Assembly (NCBI RefSeq): GCF_009914755.1 | Contig: NC_060925.1 | Strand: one strand, 5' to 3' | DNA from: the human T2T-CHM13v2.0 reference genome, Homo sapiens | DNA length: 64,000 nt | Shown here: piece after piece, positions 1 through 52,319 of the stretch | How the letters are laid out: each line of letters starts with the position of its first letter | Numbering within the stretch: position 1 is the stretch's first letter | Translations under genes and position numbers: made by a program | The notes under the pieces: model-generated | Seen by the model: the letters and a program-made list of their open reading frames with translations, nothing else | The model's database searches: none | Told to the model about the DNA's origin: nothing

Positions 1-76
1 TTGCAGTGAGCTGTGATCGTGTCACTGCGCTCCACCCTGGGCAAGAGAGTGAGACCCTGTCTCAAAACAAAAAAAA
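1..76 (+). mobile_element. Alu 3' end (cut by window start)
   Basis: ttgcagtgagc...gagaccctgtctc plus A tail. Confidence 0.9.
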
Positions 77-665
77 TTGCCATATGATCTAGCAATCCTA
101 TTCCTAGGTATATACACAAGAGAATTGAAAGCAGGGACTCAAACAGGTATTTGTATACTTATGTTCATAATAGGATTATTCAAAATAGCCAAAAAATAGA
201 AACAACTCAAATGCCCATCAACAGATGAATGATACATGGAATGTGATATATACATACAATGGAATATTATACAGCCATATTTTAAAAGAAATGAAATTCT
301 AGTACATGCTACAACATGGATGAACCTTGAAAACATTACGATAAGGGAAATAAGCCAAACACAAAAGGACAAATATTATATGATCCCAATGATATGAGGT
401 ACCTATAACAGGCAAATTCACAGAGACAGAAAGTAGAATGGTGGTTACCAGAAGCTGAGAAGAGGGAAGAATAAGAAGTTAGTGTTTAATGGGTAGAGAG
501 TTTCTGTTTAAGATGACGAAAAAATTCTGGAGACGAATAGTAGTAATGGTTGCACAAGATTGTAAATGTACACAATGCCACTGAATGGTATACTTAAAAA
601 TGGTTAGAAAGGAAAATTTTATGTTATGTATATTTTACCACTTTTTTTTTTAAAAAAAGAAAAAA
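77..665 (+). mobile_element. L1 3' end (L1MB-like)
   Basis: End of ORF2 and 3'UTR motifs (catatgatctagcaatcc, acaacatggatgaaccttgaaaacatta) and A-rich tail. Confidence 0.8.
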
Positions 666-1136
666 GCATGTGCAAATTGTGCCTGCATTTCACTCTCTCA
701 GAGTGGGAGAAATAAACTACTATAACCAGTTGAGGAAGCAAGCTGAACTCAGTATGCTGCAACCAAAAAGCAGCTTGTTCTCCCTACTCATTTCAAATGT
801 TTTCTGACCATTTGCTCCTTCCTGCCCTTAGATGGAATTTTGGCAGCTTCCAAAGCTTTTCTGCTCCCTTGCAGTTGACATCAAGGCCAGCACATTGTAA
901 TGCTGAAAAGCTAAAACTCACGGAAAACTCGCTTGTCCACACCCTCCAAGATACAGCCAGCCTCAGGCCTGGAGAACTTCTGTGAGGGTGGAGGTGAGAA
1001 GGAAAACAACTTTAGCTTCCCCCATTTTCTTGATCCGCTCGCTACCTGTAGATGCTGCTCTGGGCCCCTTTGAGATTGTGAGGGAAAAAAAATCTTCCTT
1101 GATTGGTTAAGTTGTAGTCTGATATTGGTGCTCTCT

Positions 1137-1398
1137 GCCAGGCACGGTGGCTCACGCCTGTAATCCCAGCACTTTGGGAGGCCGAGATGGGCAGATCACT
1201 TGAGGTCAGGAGTTCGAGACCAGCCTGGCCAACATGGTGAAATCCTATCTCTACTAAAAATATGAAAATTAGCCAGGTGAGGTGGCATGCACCTGTAATC
1301 CCAGCTACTCAGGAGGCTGAGTCAGAAGAATCACTTGAACCCAGGAGACAGCAATCCAGCCTGGGCAACAGATTGCAACTTTGTCTTTTAAAAATAAT
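1137..1398 (+). mobile_element. AluS with right-arm internal deletion
   Basis: Alu consensus; 17-bp TSD tgatatt(g/a)gtgctctct at 1120-1136 and 1399-1415. Confidence 0.9.
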
Positions 1399-2507
1399 TG
1401 ATATTAGTGCTCTCTGGTTGTAGCAAGTTTTAAATGTTGGGTTTTTCTCTTCTAGGATGATTTTCAGGTTCTCTAGAGAAATTGAGATCTCTGGCATCTT
1501 TCTCACACAACTCTCTCGACAGAGGCAATGCCTTTAGTAGCTGTCTGCTGGGATCTCACTCTCTGACCCTGCTTGGGGACCCTCCCAAGCTGACCCAGTC
1601 TGGCCCCTCTACTGAGAGTCTAGCGTCTGTTCCTCTGTACATATGTATGCATCTTTTGCCCTGCCAAATTCTGGAAGTGGTCTGCTGCAGAGAGCTGGCC
1701 AGCCCCAGACTCTCCCTGTCAGTGCCCCTGGGATGGAAAGAAATGGGGAGATGTCATGGCTCCTCCATGCTGAACACTCTCTCTGTGGAAGTGCTCATTA
1801 AGGATATCCTTGAGCTCCTAATGAACTCGTTGCCTTCTCTTAAATAGTTTGAAGGTGAGCAGGAGCTAATGCTTGCGGAACTGGTTCCCAGTGACTGCAC
1901 ACATCCTCCCGCGTGGGCCGTCTAGCCTGTCCTTTAGACAGAAAGAGGTTCATTTAAAACCCTCTAAACACCCTCTTACATTGGAACATTAAATTATCAC
2001 AATACCTATATTCCAAGGAAGTCCTTTGCAAAGTATAGGGGAGCGAGGAATGGAGACACGTTTCATTTGACATTCTTGTTTGGAAACTGATAACCCCTAG
2101 CCTTCTGCATCATAAGGGGACAACAGAGAGGGAACTTCCATCAAGCATTCCTTTTCCCAGGGTTGAGACACATTCTTCCCTGGCCCCTCTAACCTTGGTC
2201 TCTGGTGAGCAGCAGAAGAGCCCTTACTGAAAATCTTGTGAAACATGTATGCACTTTTCCTACCTTAGGAAATGCAATTTAGTGGATGTGCTTGAACTTT
2301 TTTTTAAAAAAAGGAGAATCTAGCATGCCTTAAGTTTCTGAATGTCAATGCTCCTGGTGCATACAGCTCCTCAGATGGGTGAGATGTAGGGATCAGCTTA
2401 ATACATAAACTGTGTATCTGTCCACATCCACTCAACCCCCAAATACATACATTTGTTTTTAAAATAAAATCTCACTTGTTACATTGCTGTTAAAAAATGG
2501 AGTTTAT

Positions 2508-3210
<703 letters not shown>

Positions 3211-4379
3211 TCCAGGCCCTATTTCTGAATATGAGTCACCAAAATGAGGGAATAAATCATGGTGAGGAAAGACATAGTATATAAGCTTGAGGATGAGGTA
3301 ATTCTCAAAATGATGATGAAGGGGGATGGTAGCAGGACAGCCATGCCCCTGTGTGTATAAGGCATCAGTCCAGACTGCAGGGATATGACTCAAGAGACAG
3401 CCGTGTTGAGGAGTGTGGTCACCAAGATGGCTTCTGCTCTTGTGTCATCTTTTTATTCTGAAAATGTAAGGGTGAGCCTTGCCCAGATTCTTAACAGTAC
3501 CTGGTCACCAAGGGCCATGTACTGTTGAAGCTCCTGCCTACCTCTTTGTCCCCTGCCATAGGCATTAGCTGAGTATACTCATTTCACCGCAAAGGAGTTC
3601 TTCATTGATTTATCCTGGAAACTGGAGTTGGCCATCATGAACCCAGAAGCAGAAAATCCAGAGCAACCTATTGCTCCAATAGCATTTCTGCCAGATGACT
3701 GGTACCAGGCCTACACAACAGACCAGCTGAGGACCCAACCATGGGCCTTGTGTCATGGTAGCACTCCTTCCTCATACGGGCCCTTATAACATTCATGGAA
3801 GCTGAAGCCAAACTAACTCACAGCAATTATTCCACCTGCTTTTTTCTAGAGTCTTTTTCTGACAGTGCCAATATCATTTCTTTGTTTACACAGCTAGGTG
3901 TGTGTTTGCCTCTGGCTCTTTAAAATGACTGCCTTTCATGGTCATTTATATGTAAAAAATAATAAAATAGCAAAATACTTCATTGAGAAAAATAGGTATT
4001 AAAGAAAAATATACACTTATGAAGGACATTAGAAACACAGGGACAGGTTTATGAAGTTGTACATTAAAATTTAAATAATGTGCATAGTTCTGTTGAAACT
4101 AAAATTATCAAAGTATGTGGTCTGGGCTTAGAAGGCAATTTTCTAAAATTAATAGTTTTGTAAGAGTGTAGGAACATGAGTGATTTTCAATGTTCTTTAA
4201 ATCTGTGGCCACATCATTTCCGCAACCGAGAAAATATAAGCACAAATGCATCCGGTAGCTCTATAAATGACCATAATAGCTGTGACTTGCTCCTGCATAT
4301 AACAGCAAAGATGTTCCCAAAAGCTTCTGCCATAATGTGCATTTATACCTACTATCAACACGTCTCCTCCTCCTACTCT

Positions 4380-6460
4380 GTTTAGCCCACCATTCCACTG
4401 AGGTAGGCTTTCTCAAGGTCACTAGCATCCACGTTCCAATGGTTAATTTTCAGTCCTCATCTTACGTAGGCCCTCAGCAGTACTTGGCAAGGTTGACTGC
4501 TCCTTCATACTTTAATGCTTATCCATAGATATTTCAGTATCTGGTTCTAAAATACAACATCACATAAATAACAGTGCTATGGTCCAAACGTTTATGTCCC
4601 CCCGAAATTCATATGTTGAAACCTAACTCCAAGGTGATGGTACTAAGAGTTGGAACCTTTCGGAGGTCATTAGGTCATGAGGGTTTCACCCCCATAAATG
4701 GGATTAGTGCCTTCATGACAGGGCTTGAGGGGACCTGTTTGTCCCTTCCACCATATGAGGACACCTAAAAGGCACCATCTATGAGGAACAGGCCCTCACT
4801 AGATACAGAATCTGCTGGAGCCTTGATTTTGGACTTCCCAGCCTTCAGAACTGGGAGAAATTTCTGTTGTTGATAAATTATCCAGTCCAAGGCATTTTGT
4901 TATAGCAGCAGGAATGGACTAAGACAAACAATATAACATAAAATATAATTATTAAATCTAAACAATGAACAATAATTTATTATTATCATCAAATATCTAC
5001 TTGGCGTTCCAATTTCCAATTGTCTCATGTATTTTAAACTCTTTTTAAGTTTGGTTGTTGAGTCAAGATCTAAATACAGTCCACACACTGTGGTTGGATG
5101 GTGTTTCTTTAAAGTCCTTTTTAATCTATAGCTCCCCTCCTCCTTCCTTTTGTCTTCCTATGCAATTTCTTTATTGAATAAACTGGATTATCCATCCAGT
5201 GGCTCTTTCCTTTTCAAAACAGCTTTTCTTCTTGGCTTCTAGGATGATCCTTTCTCTTGGTTCTCCTTGTACCTCACTAGCCACTCCTATTTACTCAGTG
5301 GTTCTTCTTGATCACTCTGCCCTCCCAACACTGGCATGCTCAGGGTTTGATCCTCACCTTGCCTTCTTCTTTATCTGCATTGATTCCCAGGTGATCTCAT
5401 CCAGCCTAATGGCTTTAAATACAATGCCGTCTGAATGCTGATGACTCCCAAGCTCTCCCCTGAACCCTGGATTCTTACGTCTGGTTATTCAACATCCACA
5501 ATTGTTTATCTAATAGAATTCTCAAACTTAACATATCCTGAACTGAATCCTAATTTCCCCCGCTCCCCACAATCTGCTCCTTCTATTGGATTCCTCCCTC
5601 CCAAACATAGGAAATTATAATTCCATCCTTTTGATTTCTTAGGGCCAGGATCCCTGGAGTTGTCCCTGATCCTTCTCTTGCTCTCATACCCCGATCTGAT
5701 CTATTAGCACATCTGTCACATCTACCTTCACACAATCTGACCACTTCGCACAACCTCCGTCACTAGTGCCCTAATCTCAACCACTGTCATCTCTTACTTG
5801 CATTACTGAAATTTCCACTTAACTGCCTTCCCGGCTTCTACCCTCTCTCCCTTTCAGTTTATTCTCCGCAAAGCAGCTGGAATGATTCTTTTCAAATGCA
5901 CGTCAGATCATGTCACTGTTCTGCTCAAAAACATCCCACCTCAGAGTAAAAGCCAAAGTCCTAAAACAGCCAATAAGATCCTACGTGATCTGGATGCCAC
6001 CCCCTGACTCTCTTGCCTTCTCTCTCTACCTCTCTCTCTCATCCCACACCACCTCAGTCACACTGGCCTCTGTCGTTTCTCAGATATGTGAAGCACACAC
6101 CAATCTCAGGACTTTACGCCTGCTGTCCCTAGAACATCCTTCTACCATTTATCCACATGACTTGCTACCTCACTTCTTTCAGGTTTCTGCCCAGAAATCT
6201 TTCTATTAATGGGGAATTCCCTGATCTCCCTACCTCTTTTACTTTGATTTTTACCCCCACCCTAATACACACAAAATTCCTCTCTCTTCGTAGCACAATT
6301 GCTCACTGATACATTATTTATTTGTTTGTCTGTCTTCTGCATTAGTCTATAAACTTGAGAAGCTATTTTATTCACTGCTGTATCCTTAGTGTCTAAAACA
6401 GCCTCTAGCATGAAGTGTGTATTCAGTAAATATTTCCTAGATGAATTAATGGTGAATGCA
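4380..6460 (+). mobile_element. Fragmented L2 (interrupted by an L1 fragment and a MaLR LTR)
   Basis: L2 RT-region-like pyrimidine-rich sequence ending in the L2 3' tail cagtaaatattt...atgaattaatggtgaatg. Confidence 0.65.
4575..4926 (+). mobile_element. MaLR solo LTR (MSTD/MLT1A-like)
   Basis: TG...CA ends (tgctatgg...ggactaagaca); near-TSD aacag/aacaa. Confidence 0.8.
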
Positions 6461-7134
6461 TTAGAATTGTAGGAAGAGTGGTTCTCCAGACATCACTGTA
6501 CAGTGGTTTGAAAGCTTTAAAGGAAAAAGGAGGAGAAACAAATGGGGTTGGGGGATTTTTCTTTAAATAAAATCTTACTGCGCTCTCCTAACAGATAGTT
6601 AGAGGTGGACGCCAAGAAGACAGTACTGGAATTGGAGGTGCTCTGAAATGCCATCTGCTTCATCTCTGAATGCAAGTTCTTGAAGAATGTTTTAAAAGAT
6701 GGACTACCAAGGGGTAGGAAATTTATCTAACTCACCTAAGCCATAGGAAGTTAACTAATTGTTGAGAAACATTAAACAACTTCTCCTTCCCATAAAAAGT
6801 TGAAAATTGGAAAACCGGAGTCAATAGCATTTGGACTAAGTCGGATTGGAGATTGCAATGACTGGGAAGGAGATGTGCAGAAAGGCCTCTTCTAATTCAT
6901 CTGACCTCTTACCTTGAAAAGCTGTCCTCATAATCAGAAGCCACTCCTTCCTCATCCTTGGCTCACTTTATTATTTCAATCGAAGGACAATGCACAAAGG
7001 AAGAAGAGCATTTGTATTCCCTATGACCTCTAAAAATGTTTGTGGTAGAAATGACAGGTGCTGAAATACATTTCATCTTTAGAAGTTCGAATTTCCATAT
7101 CCAGTACAGTGGCAAGAATAAGTGTGAATATTAC

Positions 7135-7479
<345 letters not shown>

Positions 7480-7565
7480 TGAGAAGAGATACACGAGGGA
7501 GAAAGTATTACCCAGTTTTCTTACTTGTTATTTACTCATTCCTTTTCCCTCTCAAGCAGTATACA

Positions 7566-7599
7566 CAACACACACATGTGCACGCGCACACACACACAC

Positions 7600-7600
<1 letters not shown>
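7566..7600. repeat. Imperfect (CA)n
   Basis: caacacacacatgtgcacgcgcacacacacacaca. Confidence 0.8.
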
Positions 7601-43593
<35,993 letters not shown>

Positions 43594-44114
43594 TAAGTAT
43601 AGTAATTTATATACATGAACAGTCTGTGAATTTCAAGCTTTTTACAATGATAAAACCATGACAGCTTTGAAACTTTCAAACTGGCTTTAAAAAAATCGGA
43701 CATTAACTATTCCATTTGTTTGGGAAGGTTAATTAGATTTCTCAGGAAGAAATTGAAGCCACTTATGCAAATTTGAACATGACGTGTCCTAACATCAACT
43801 GTGCCCATTTGTTGTTTATTTCTATCATCTACTGAAATTAATCAATACGAGTGCATCTATAACATATTTCAAAATATAGTTCTGTTGGTAAAATTTTATA
43901 ATTTTAAAATCATTCTTACAGGTCAGTTGGCTAACCAAGAGCTTGTGAGTATGATCTGTAGACCAGTAATCATGTTTCATGTGTAATATACAAGTTGGCA
44001 TCCTCATAGAAAGGTTCATTTGAATATTGTCTTATTTTCAATCTGGTTAAATATGTATTAATAACTAGAAAACCGATATTGTATCTTAATTTGGGGTTTT
44101 AAAATTGCATTGAG

Positions 44115-44480
44115 ATGTATGCTACAACATGAATGAATATCAAAAACATTAAGCTGAATAACAGACGCCAGACAAAAAGACTGCATATGGTATGATTCCA
44201 TCTATATGTAATATCAAAAAAAGGGCACATTTATAGACACAGAAAGTACATCAGTGGTTGCCTAGGACTGGTGGTAGAAGCAGGGATCCCACATGGGCAC
44301 AAGGGGACTTTCTTGGGTGATGAAAATGTTCTAAACTTATTGTGGCGACTGTTGATTGTTACACAATTCTCTAAATTTACTAAAAATTATTGAGTTGTAC
44401 GCTTACAATGAGTGAATTTTATGATATGCAAATGTTATGATACCTATTGGGGTATTACATACCCTAATAAAGATGTCTCA
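44115..44480 (+). mobile_element. L1ME-type 3' end fragment
   Basis: gctacaacatgaatgaatatcaaaaacatt...gtggttgcctagg...aataaa. Confidence 0.7.
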
Positions 44481-46187
44481 GAAAAGCTCATCGAGACTCC
44501 TGGCTGCCTTCCAGTCTGGCATGTAAAGAGCTTGGAAGTTGCCATTCCATCCTAACAAGTAAAAATGTAACAAACTAAAAAATAAATAATTTTTCTTAGA
44601 TCCATCAGAGAAGTAAGGTCACAAGGCAGTTTTGTTGCCCCCACATTGGAGAGACAGAGGGGCAAACACTGGGAATCACAACTTACTGGAGCAGAAATTC
44701 ATGGGCAGGAACCCCCTGAATAACCAGTATAGGGCAGGAAAACCTAAATTGTAATGGACAAGTGCTCAGCATGGACAATTTTAGAGTTAAAAATTCCAGG
44801 GGTGCCCAGTCATAGGGGCCCCTATGCTTTTGTGAGTTTTACTTCCAGGAGTTCAACAGATTCTTAAAGTGAGTATCAGTGAAAAATTCTCTCTTACTTC
44901 TGGCGGAGGGGAAGGAAAAGGCACCATTTTGAAACGTGCCAGAACATGTTGTTCTTTCCAAGGTATGCCCTCAAGAGAAACTATGTTATCAGAGTCTAAG
45001 CTATTGGAACTTTGTCAGGGAATAACTCACAGAGGGAAGGAAAACATCCACTCTAACCTCTGGTCGCACCTAAGAGGGAGGGTGAGGAAGACTGACAAGC
45101 ACTTGTGAAATTCGCAATCCAGACACACAGGCTCATCAAAAGAAGGAGACTTACTCACAGGATTCACCTTCCCCCACAGCTTACTGACATGTTACTAATG
45201 GCCTATTTATAGCAGTTCCCTTTACCCAGTAAATCATGTCCAGCTATCAAGAAAAAAATTACAAGGCATACTAAAAGGCACAAAACAGATTGTCAGAGTG
45301 ATCAAAAAAACAAGACCCAACTATATGCTGTCTATGAGAAACACACTTTAAATATAAAGACACATATAGGCTAAAAATAAAAAGATGCAGAAAGATATAC
45401 TATGCTAAAACTTATCAAAAGAAAGCAGAAGAAGCTATGCTAGTTTTATATAGAACAGATATCAGTGCAAGGAAAATTGTCAGGGATAAAGAAGGGCATT
45501 ACATAATGATAAAGGGGTCAATTCTTAAAGATGCTCTGACAATCCTTAATGCAGATGCACCTAACAACAGAGCATCAAAATTAATGAGGCAAAAACTACA
45601 ACTCCAAGAGACAGAACAAGCATCAGAATCAGATGCAGACATGGCAAGGAGGTTGGAATTATCAGAATGGGAATGTAAGACAACTACAATTAACAGGCTA
45701 AGGGCTCGGATAAAGCAGGCAGCAGACAAGAACAGACGGGCATTGTAAACAGAGAGATGAAAATTCTAAGAATAAAAAGTTCTAAAGATCAAAAACACTG
45801 ATAGAAATGAGTAACGCCTTTGATGGGCTCATTAGTATACCGGACGTAGCTGAGGAAAGAATTTATAGAAGATTCAAAAACAGAAAGCAAAGAGGAAAAA
45901 AACTGAAAAAACAAAACAAAACAAAAAAAACCATAGGATATCCAAAAACTGTGGGCAACTGTGAAAAGTGTAACATATGTGTGATGAGAACACCAGAAGA
46001 AGAAAGGGAGAAAGGAAGAAAAGGTACATTTGAAGTAATGACTAAGAATGTCCACAAATTAAAATGAGACACCAAACCCCAGATCCAGTAATATCAGAAA
46101 GCACCAAGAAGGATAAATGCCAAAAAATAACTATACCTAGGCATATCATGTTCAAACAGCAGAAAAGTAAACATAAAGAAAAAAACT

Positions 46188-46512
<325 letters not shown>

Positions 46513-47728
46513 TTATCTGTAGAAAAGCAAAGACAAGAATTACTTGTGATTTTTCCTCAGAAATCATAAGCAAGAACAGTTGAGTGAAATATTTAAAGTG
46601 TTAGAAGACCTACCAGCCTAGAATTCTGTATACCGTGAAATTAGCCTTTAAAAGTGAAGGAGAAATAAAACTTTCTCGGACAAACAGAAATTGAGGAAAT
46701 ATGCTATCAGTATACCTGCTTTTCAAGAAAGGGTAAAAGAAGTTCTTCAGAGAGAAAGAAAAGCCGTAAGTCAGAAACTTGCATCTATATAAAGAAAAGA
46801 ACAGCATCAGAGGAAGAAAAAGTAAAGGTAAAATAAAAATTGTTATTTTTGTTATTCTTAACTTTTCTAACAGATAATTTGTTCAAATAATAATGACAGC
46901 AATGTATTCAATTATATACACAATATATACACATATAAACATATATGTATGTATATATGGTATATTTGCTATGTGTAAGCAAAATAAATGACAGCAATAA
47001 TACAAATAATGGAAGGAATTAGGATTTTTGTTTATTTTAATATACTTGTACTGCCTGTGTAGTACAGTGTTACTTGAAAGTGGACTTGGATTAGTTGTAA
47101 ATGTATATTGCAAATGATAGGTCAACCACGAAAAATTGTTTTTTAAAAAATGTGTAACTTATATTCTAAGAAAATAGAGAAAATGAAATCATGTAAAGTG
47201 TTTATTTTAAAACACAAAAGGCAGAAAAAGAGTAAAAGACAAAAATAGAAACAAAGAAAAGCAGCAATTAATAGAAAACAATAACAAATATAGTAGATAT
47301 TAATCCAACTATGTCAATAATTACTTTAAAAGTCAATGGTCTAAATACAGTAGTTAAGAGACAGAGATTGTCAGAGTGATCACAAAACAAGACCTAACTC
47401 TATGTTGTCTATAAGAAACCCACTTTAAATATAATGGCACATATAGATTAAAAGTACAGGGATAGGGTAAGATATACCATGCTAACACTTATCAAAAGAA
47501 AACAGGAGTTACTATAAAAACACTTAGCAAAGTAGGAATAGAGGGAACATCATCAACTTGTAAAAAACATCTACAAAAAACCTCCAGTTAACATCATCTA
47601 TAGTACTGGACAGTTTTCCCACTAAGATCAGGTATAGCATGTTTGCACAATACAAGGTTATTATATACAAGTCAATAACTTTCCTATATCCTAACAATTA
47701 ACAAGTGGCATTTTAAATTAAAAACATA

Positions 47729-48140
<412 letters not shown>

Positions 48141-50986
48141 TTAAAGAAATCAAGGAATTAAATGAAGAGATATTCCACGTTCATGAATAGAAGACTCACT
48201 ATTGTCAAGATACCAGTTTTTCCCAACTTGATATGTAGAGTCAATGCGATCTCACCCAAAATTCAGGAAGTTATTTTGTGAATCTTGACAAGTTCATTTT
48301 AACATTTATATGGAAAAGCAAAAGGTCTTGAGTATTCATCACAATAATGAAGAGGAAGAAACAAATCATAGGACTGACAAGTCAAGACATAAAGCTATAG
48401 TAATAAAGATAGTGCGGTATTGTAAAACAATGGAAAAAATAGATCAACAAAGCAGAAATAGACCCACATAAATATAGTCAACAGATCTTTGACAAAGGAG
48501 CAAAGGGAATACAATGGAGCAAGATATTCTTTTTAACAAATGGTTCTAGAACAAAGAAATAATTGATGAGCTGTACTTCATTAAAATTGAAACCTTCTGC
48601 TCTGCAAAAGACTCTGCCAAGAGAATGAGAAGACAAGACACAGACTGGAAGGAAGTATTTGCAAAAGACATATCTGATAAAGGACTGTTATCCAAAATAT
48701 ACAAAAAATTATTTCAACTTTATAATAAGTAAACCAACAACCCAATTGAAAAATAAACAAAAGATCTGAATAAATACTAAGATACACAGATGGGAAATAA
48801 GCATAAGAAAGGATGCAAAACACTTTAAGTCATGAAGGAAATGTAAATTAAAATAAGATACCAGTACATACATATTAGAGTGGTCAAAATCCAGAACACT
48901 AACACCACCAAATGCTGGTGGGGTGTGGAGCAAAAGGGACTCTCATTCATTGCTGATGGGAATGCAAAATGGTGCAGTGACTTTAGAATTCCGCTTGACC
49001 GTTTCTTAAGAAAATGAAACATACCCTTACTACATGATCCAGCAGTCATACTACTTGGTATTTACCCAAAGAAGTTGAAAACGTATATTCACACAAAAAT
49101 CTGTACATGGATGTTCATAGCAGCTTTATTCATTATTGCCAAAACTTGGGGGCAACAAAGAAATCTTCAGTAGCTGAATGGATACACAGACTCTGGTAAT
49201 CCAGATGATGGAATATTAGTCAGTGCTAAAAGGAAATGAGCTATCAAGCCATAAAAAGACATGGAGGACCCTTAAATGCATATTACTAAGTTAAAGAAGC
49301 CAAACTGAAAAGGCTACATACTGTATGATTCCAATTATACGACATTCTGGAAAATGTAAAACTGTGGAGACAGTAAAAAGATCAGTGGTTTCCAGGGCTT
49401 TGAGGGGAGGGAGGGAGCATAGAGAATTTTAGGGCACTGAAACTACTTTGTATGATACTGTAATGGGGGATAATGTCATTACACATGTATCAAAACCTAT
49501 GGAGTGTACAACACCAATTGTGAACCCTAATGTAAACTATGGACTTTGGTTTATAATCTTGTGTCCATTATTATAACCAATGTAGCACTGTGGTGTGGGA
49601 TTTTGATTTCGGGAGAGACTGTGCATGTGTGGGGACAGGGAGTATGTGGGAAATCTCTGTGCCTTCCCCTCAGTTCTGCTGTGAATCTAAAACTGTTCTG
49701 AAAAATAAAATCTAGTTTAAAAATGTGCTGAGCTACAAACAAGAATCTGACTTGTTGCAACAACAACAGCCATATTATTCGGATTTAGCCTTAAGGATGA
49801 GCATAAACCTATCTAAAAAAAAGATTGGTTAAAACATATAACCCTTCTCTGGTGATTTAATTCCATTCTTAAAAATTTATTTTCAAAACCCTAATAAATT
49901 TTTCTGAATTTCAGCTTTTTAATCTAAAAAATGGGTGAGTCGAAAGGAGATTGATTGTTAGCTATAGAACTTGGTCTCCTTCCCCACCTTTACATTTAGA
50001 GAACAACTAAAAGTAGTACTAGGAAAAATGGTGAGTAGCCTGTCCCCCTAACAAAATGCATGATGTCCTTTAGGTGCTCTTGAGCTGTTTAAATGAAATT
50101 CATACAAAAAAAAAAGAGTCACAAAAAATAGCCTCTGCATATACAGACTTAGAATTCCTTTAAATTCTGAGGTTTTAAATTTAAGCAATGAAATAACAGA
50201 ATTAGAAATTTAATGGAAGAACAGCATATCACATCTCTAAGATGTGACTTTTTCTAAGATGTGATTTTCTTGAAAATTGTAGACTTCATGAAAGATACTT
50301 TTTTTTCACTCATTTAGAAAGGACGAAATGTTTATTTTGCTGTATAACATATTGCACTGAAAGACAAATTAAAAACCCTTCACAGCACATTAAAAACAGT
50401 TTCATTTCTTGACACCAGATTGGATTCCACAAATATCATTTATATGGCATAATTAATTGCATAGTTTCATTTAGTTTCTGTAATATAATTAACTGCTAGT
50501 GATTATACTCTTGCATTTTAAAGGAGTGCATTTCTGAAACATTTAATTAAGAAATAGATGCAAGTTTATATCCAATTTGATTATATACTATGCTGGCAAT
50601 TCGTGATACATTCATAACCATAAAGGAACACTGTGAAAACGTATGCAGATTGATATGCCCTTGTAGTCCTACAGAAGACATATTCTACTTCAACATCCAG
50701 AGAAAACATGTTCATTTCCAAGATACACAAATCTATAGCCTCCATTTTACCAGGGCAAACATTTCCAGCACATTTACCAGGGTGATTACAGCAACTAATG
50801 TAGCAACCAGAAACTTATACAGGTCATATATAGCTTTTAGTCCAGAAATATATCTGTTATCCAACAAATATTTAGTAAGTCACTATGGGATAAGCACTAT
50901 GGACAATACAAATATATCTAAGCCACGACCCCTGCCTCTACATGCTTAAAATTTAAGTGGTAAGATAAAACATACAGACATAAAGT

Positions 50987-51480
50987 CAGTGGTATGTTGA
51001 AGTCAGTTCATATTAGCTTATGAGAGTTGATTGTTAAAATTTCAGGAATTAGGCAAGCCTGTTGTTAAACATTGTCATCTTGGGATGTCAAACCTAAGCC
51101 AAAAACAATCAAACAAACAAACAAACAATCACTGACATCATTCAAAATTGAATTATATAAGCTAGTAGTTCAATTATATAAAGAACAAAGGCAGTAAATA
51201 CTCAAAATACGTCACTTCTTTTTTATTTATTACAATTTACCATTGTCTGTGTTCTTGAGGGTTTTTAAAAAAATATCCTCAGAAAATACTACACAGTACA
51301 ATGGCGCACAACTATATGTTTTTTTTCCTAACTCCATGTTTAGAGATGTCACATTGGTAATTTGGAAGCAGCCATGCTACCATATTTATAGCATGGAAAA
51401 CAGCAAACTCTAAAAATCAGTCGACCCACCCTGCTTTCCCTGGCTGCAGCTGAATATTACACATTTACCAGCACATCATT
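50987..51480. mobile_element. MER63-type hAT element
   Basis: cagtggtatgttg...gattgttaaaatttcaggaatt...ttaccagcacatcatt. Confidence 0.65.
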
Positions 51481-51829
51481 ACATGGGATGATAATTATCA
51501 ATGCAAAGCACGATATATCAAAGATCAGTTGAATGGTTTAGAATTATAGGCACAGTAGAAGTTAAGAAAAGGGAGTAATAAACGATAGTTCTCAGCAAGC
51601 CTAAAAAGATAAGAACAAGAAATCTTACTTAGAGGACTATAAAAATAAACTTGGCAGTGATTTCATCAACGAGAAATGTTATAACAGCCACAATAAACAT
51701 ACCAAGTCTGCATTTGGAGGGATGAAGTGGCTTATTTCTACTTTCTTAAAGAGTATCTTTATACTGGTGCATTTAATTGCCTATTGCCAATGCTAAGATT
51801 ATAAAATAGAAATCAAGGCATTATTCTGA

Positions 51830-52138
51830 GACCAGACATAGTGGCTAAGCCTGTAATCCCAGCACTTTGGGAGGCCAAGGTGGGAGAATCACTCGAGCCC
51901 AGGAGTTCAAGACCAGCCTGGGCAACATAGGGAGATCCTGTCGCTACAAATAAGTTAAAAATTAGCCAGGTATGGTGGCATGCGCCTGTGGTCCCAGCTA
52001 CTTGGGAGGCTGAGATGGGAGGATCACTTTAGCCTGGGAGGTCGAGGCTGCAGTGAGTGATGAGCACACCACTGTACTCCAGCCTGTGGAATGGAATGAG
52101 ACCCAGTATCAAAAAAAAAAAAAAAAAAAAAAAAAAAA
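51830..52138 (+). mobile_element. AluJ with long A tail
   Basis: TSD gcatta(t/g)tctga. Confidence 0.9.
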
Positions 52139-52319
52139 GCATTAGTCTGAATAACACTGATAAGACCCTAACTTACAGCACCTGGATTTTTTTCTTTCAG
52201 AAAAAGTTCTCTTCAGAGAAAGTTCCTTTCTCTGACCTCCTCTTTTATCTTATCAGCTCTTGAACACTCTAACTCCCACTACAGCTACTCAATGACCTCA
52301 CTGAAGTCTCAGATATCTT

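Noticed and set aside
50229-50265. 8-bp inverted repeat TCACATCT-cta-AGATGTGA plus tandem copy of TCTAAGATGTGA
   Set aside because: Short enough to be a chance or slippage product; no context suggesting function.
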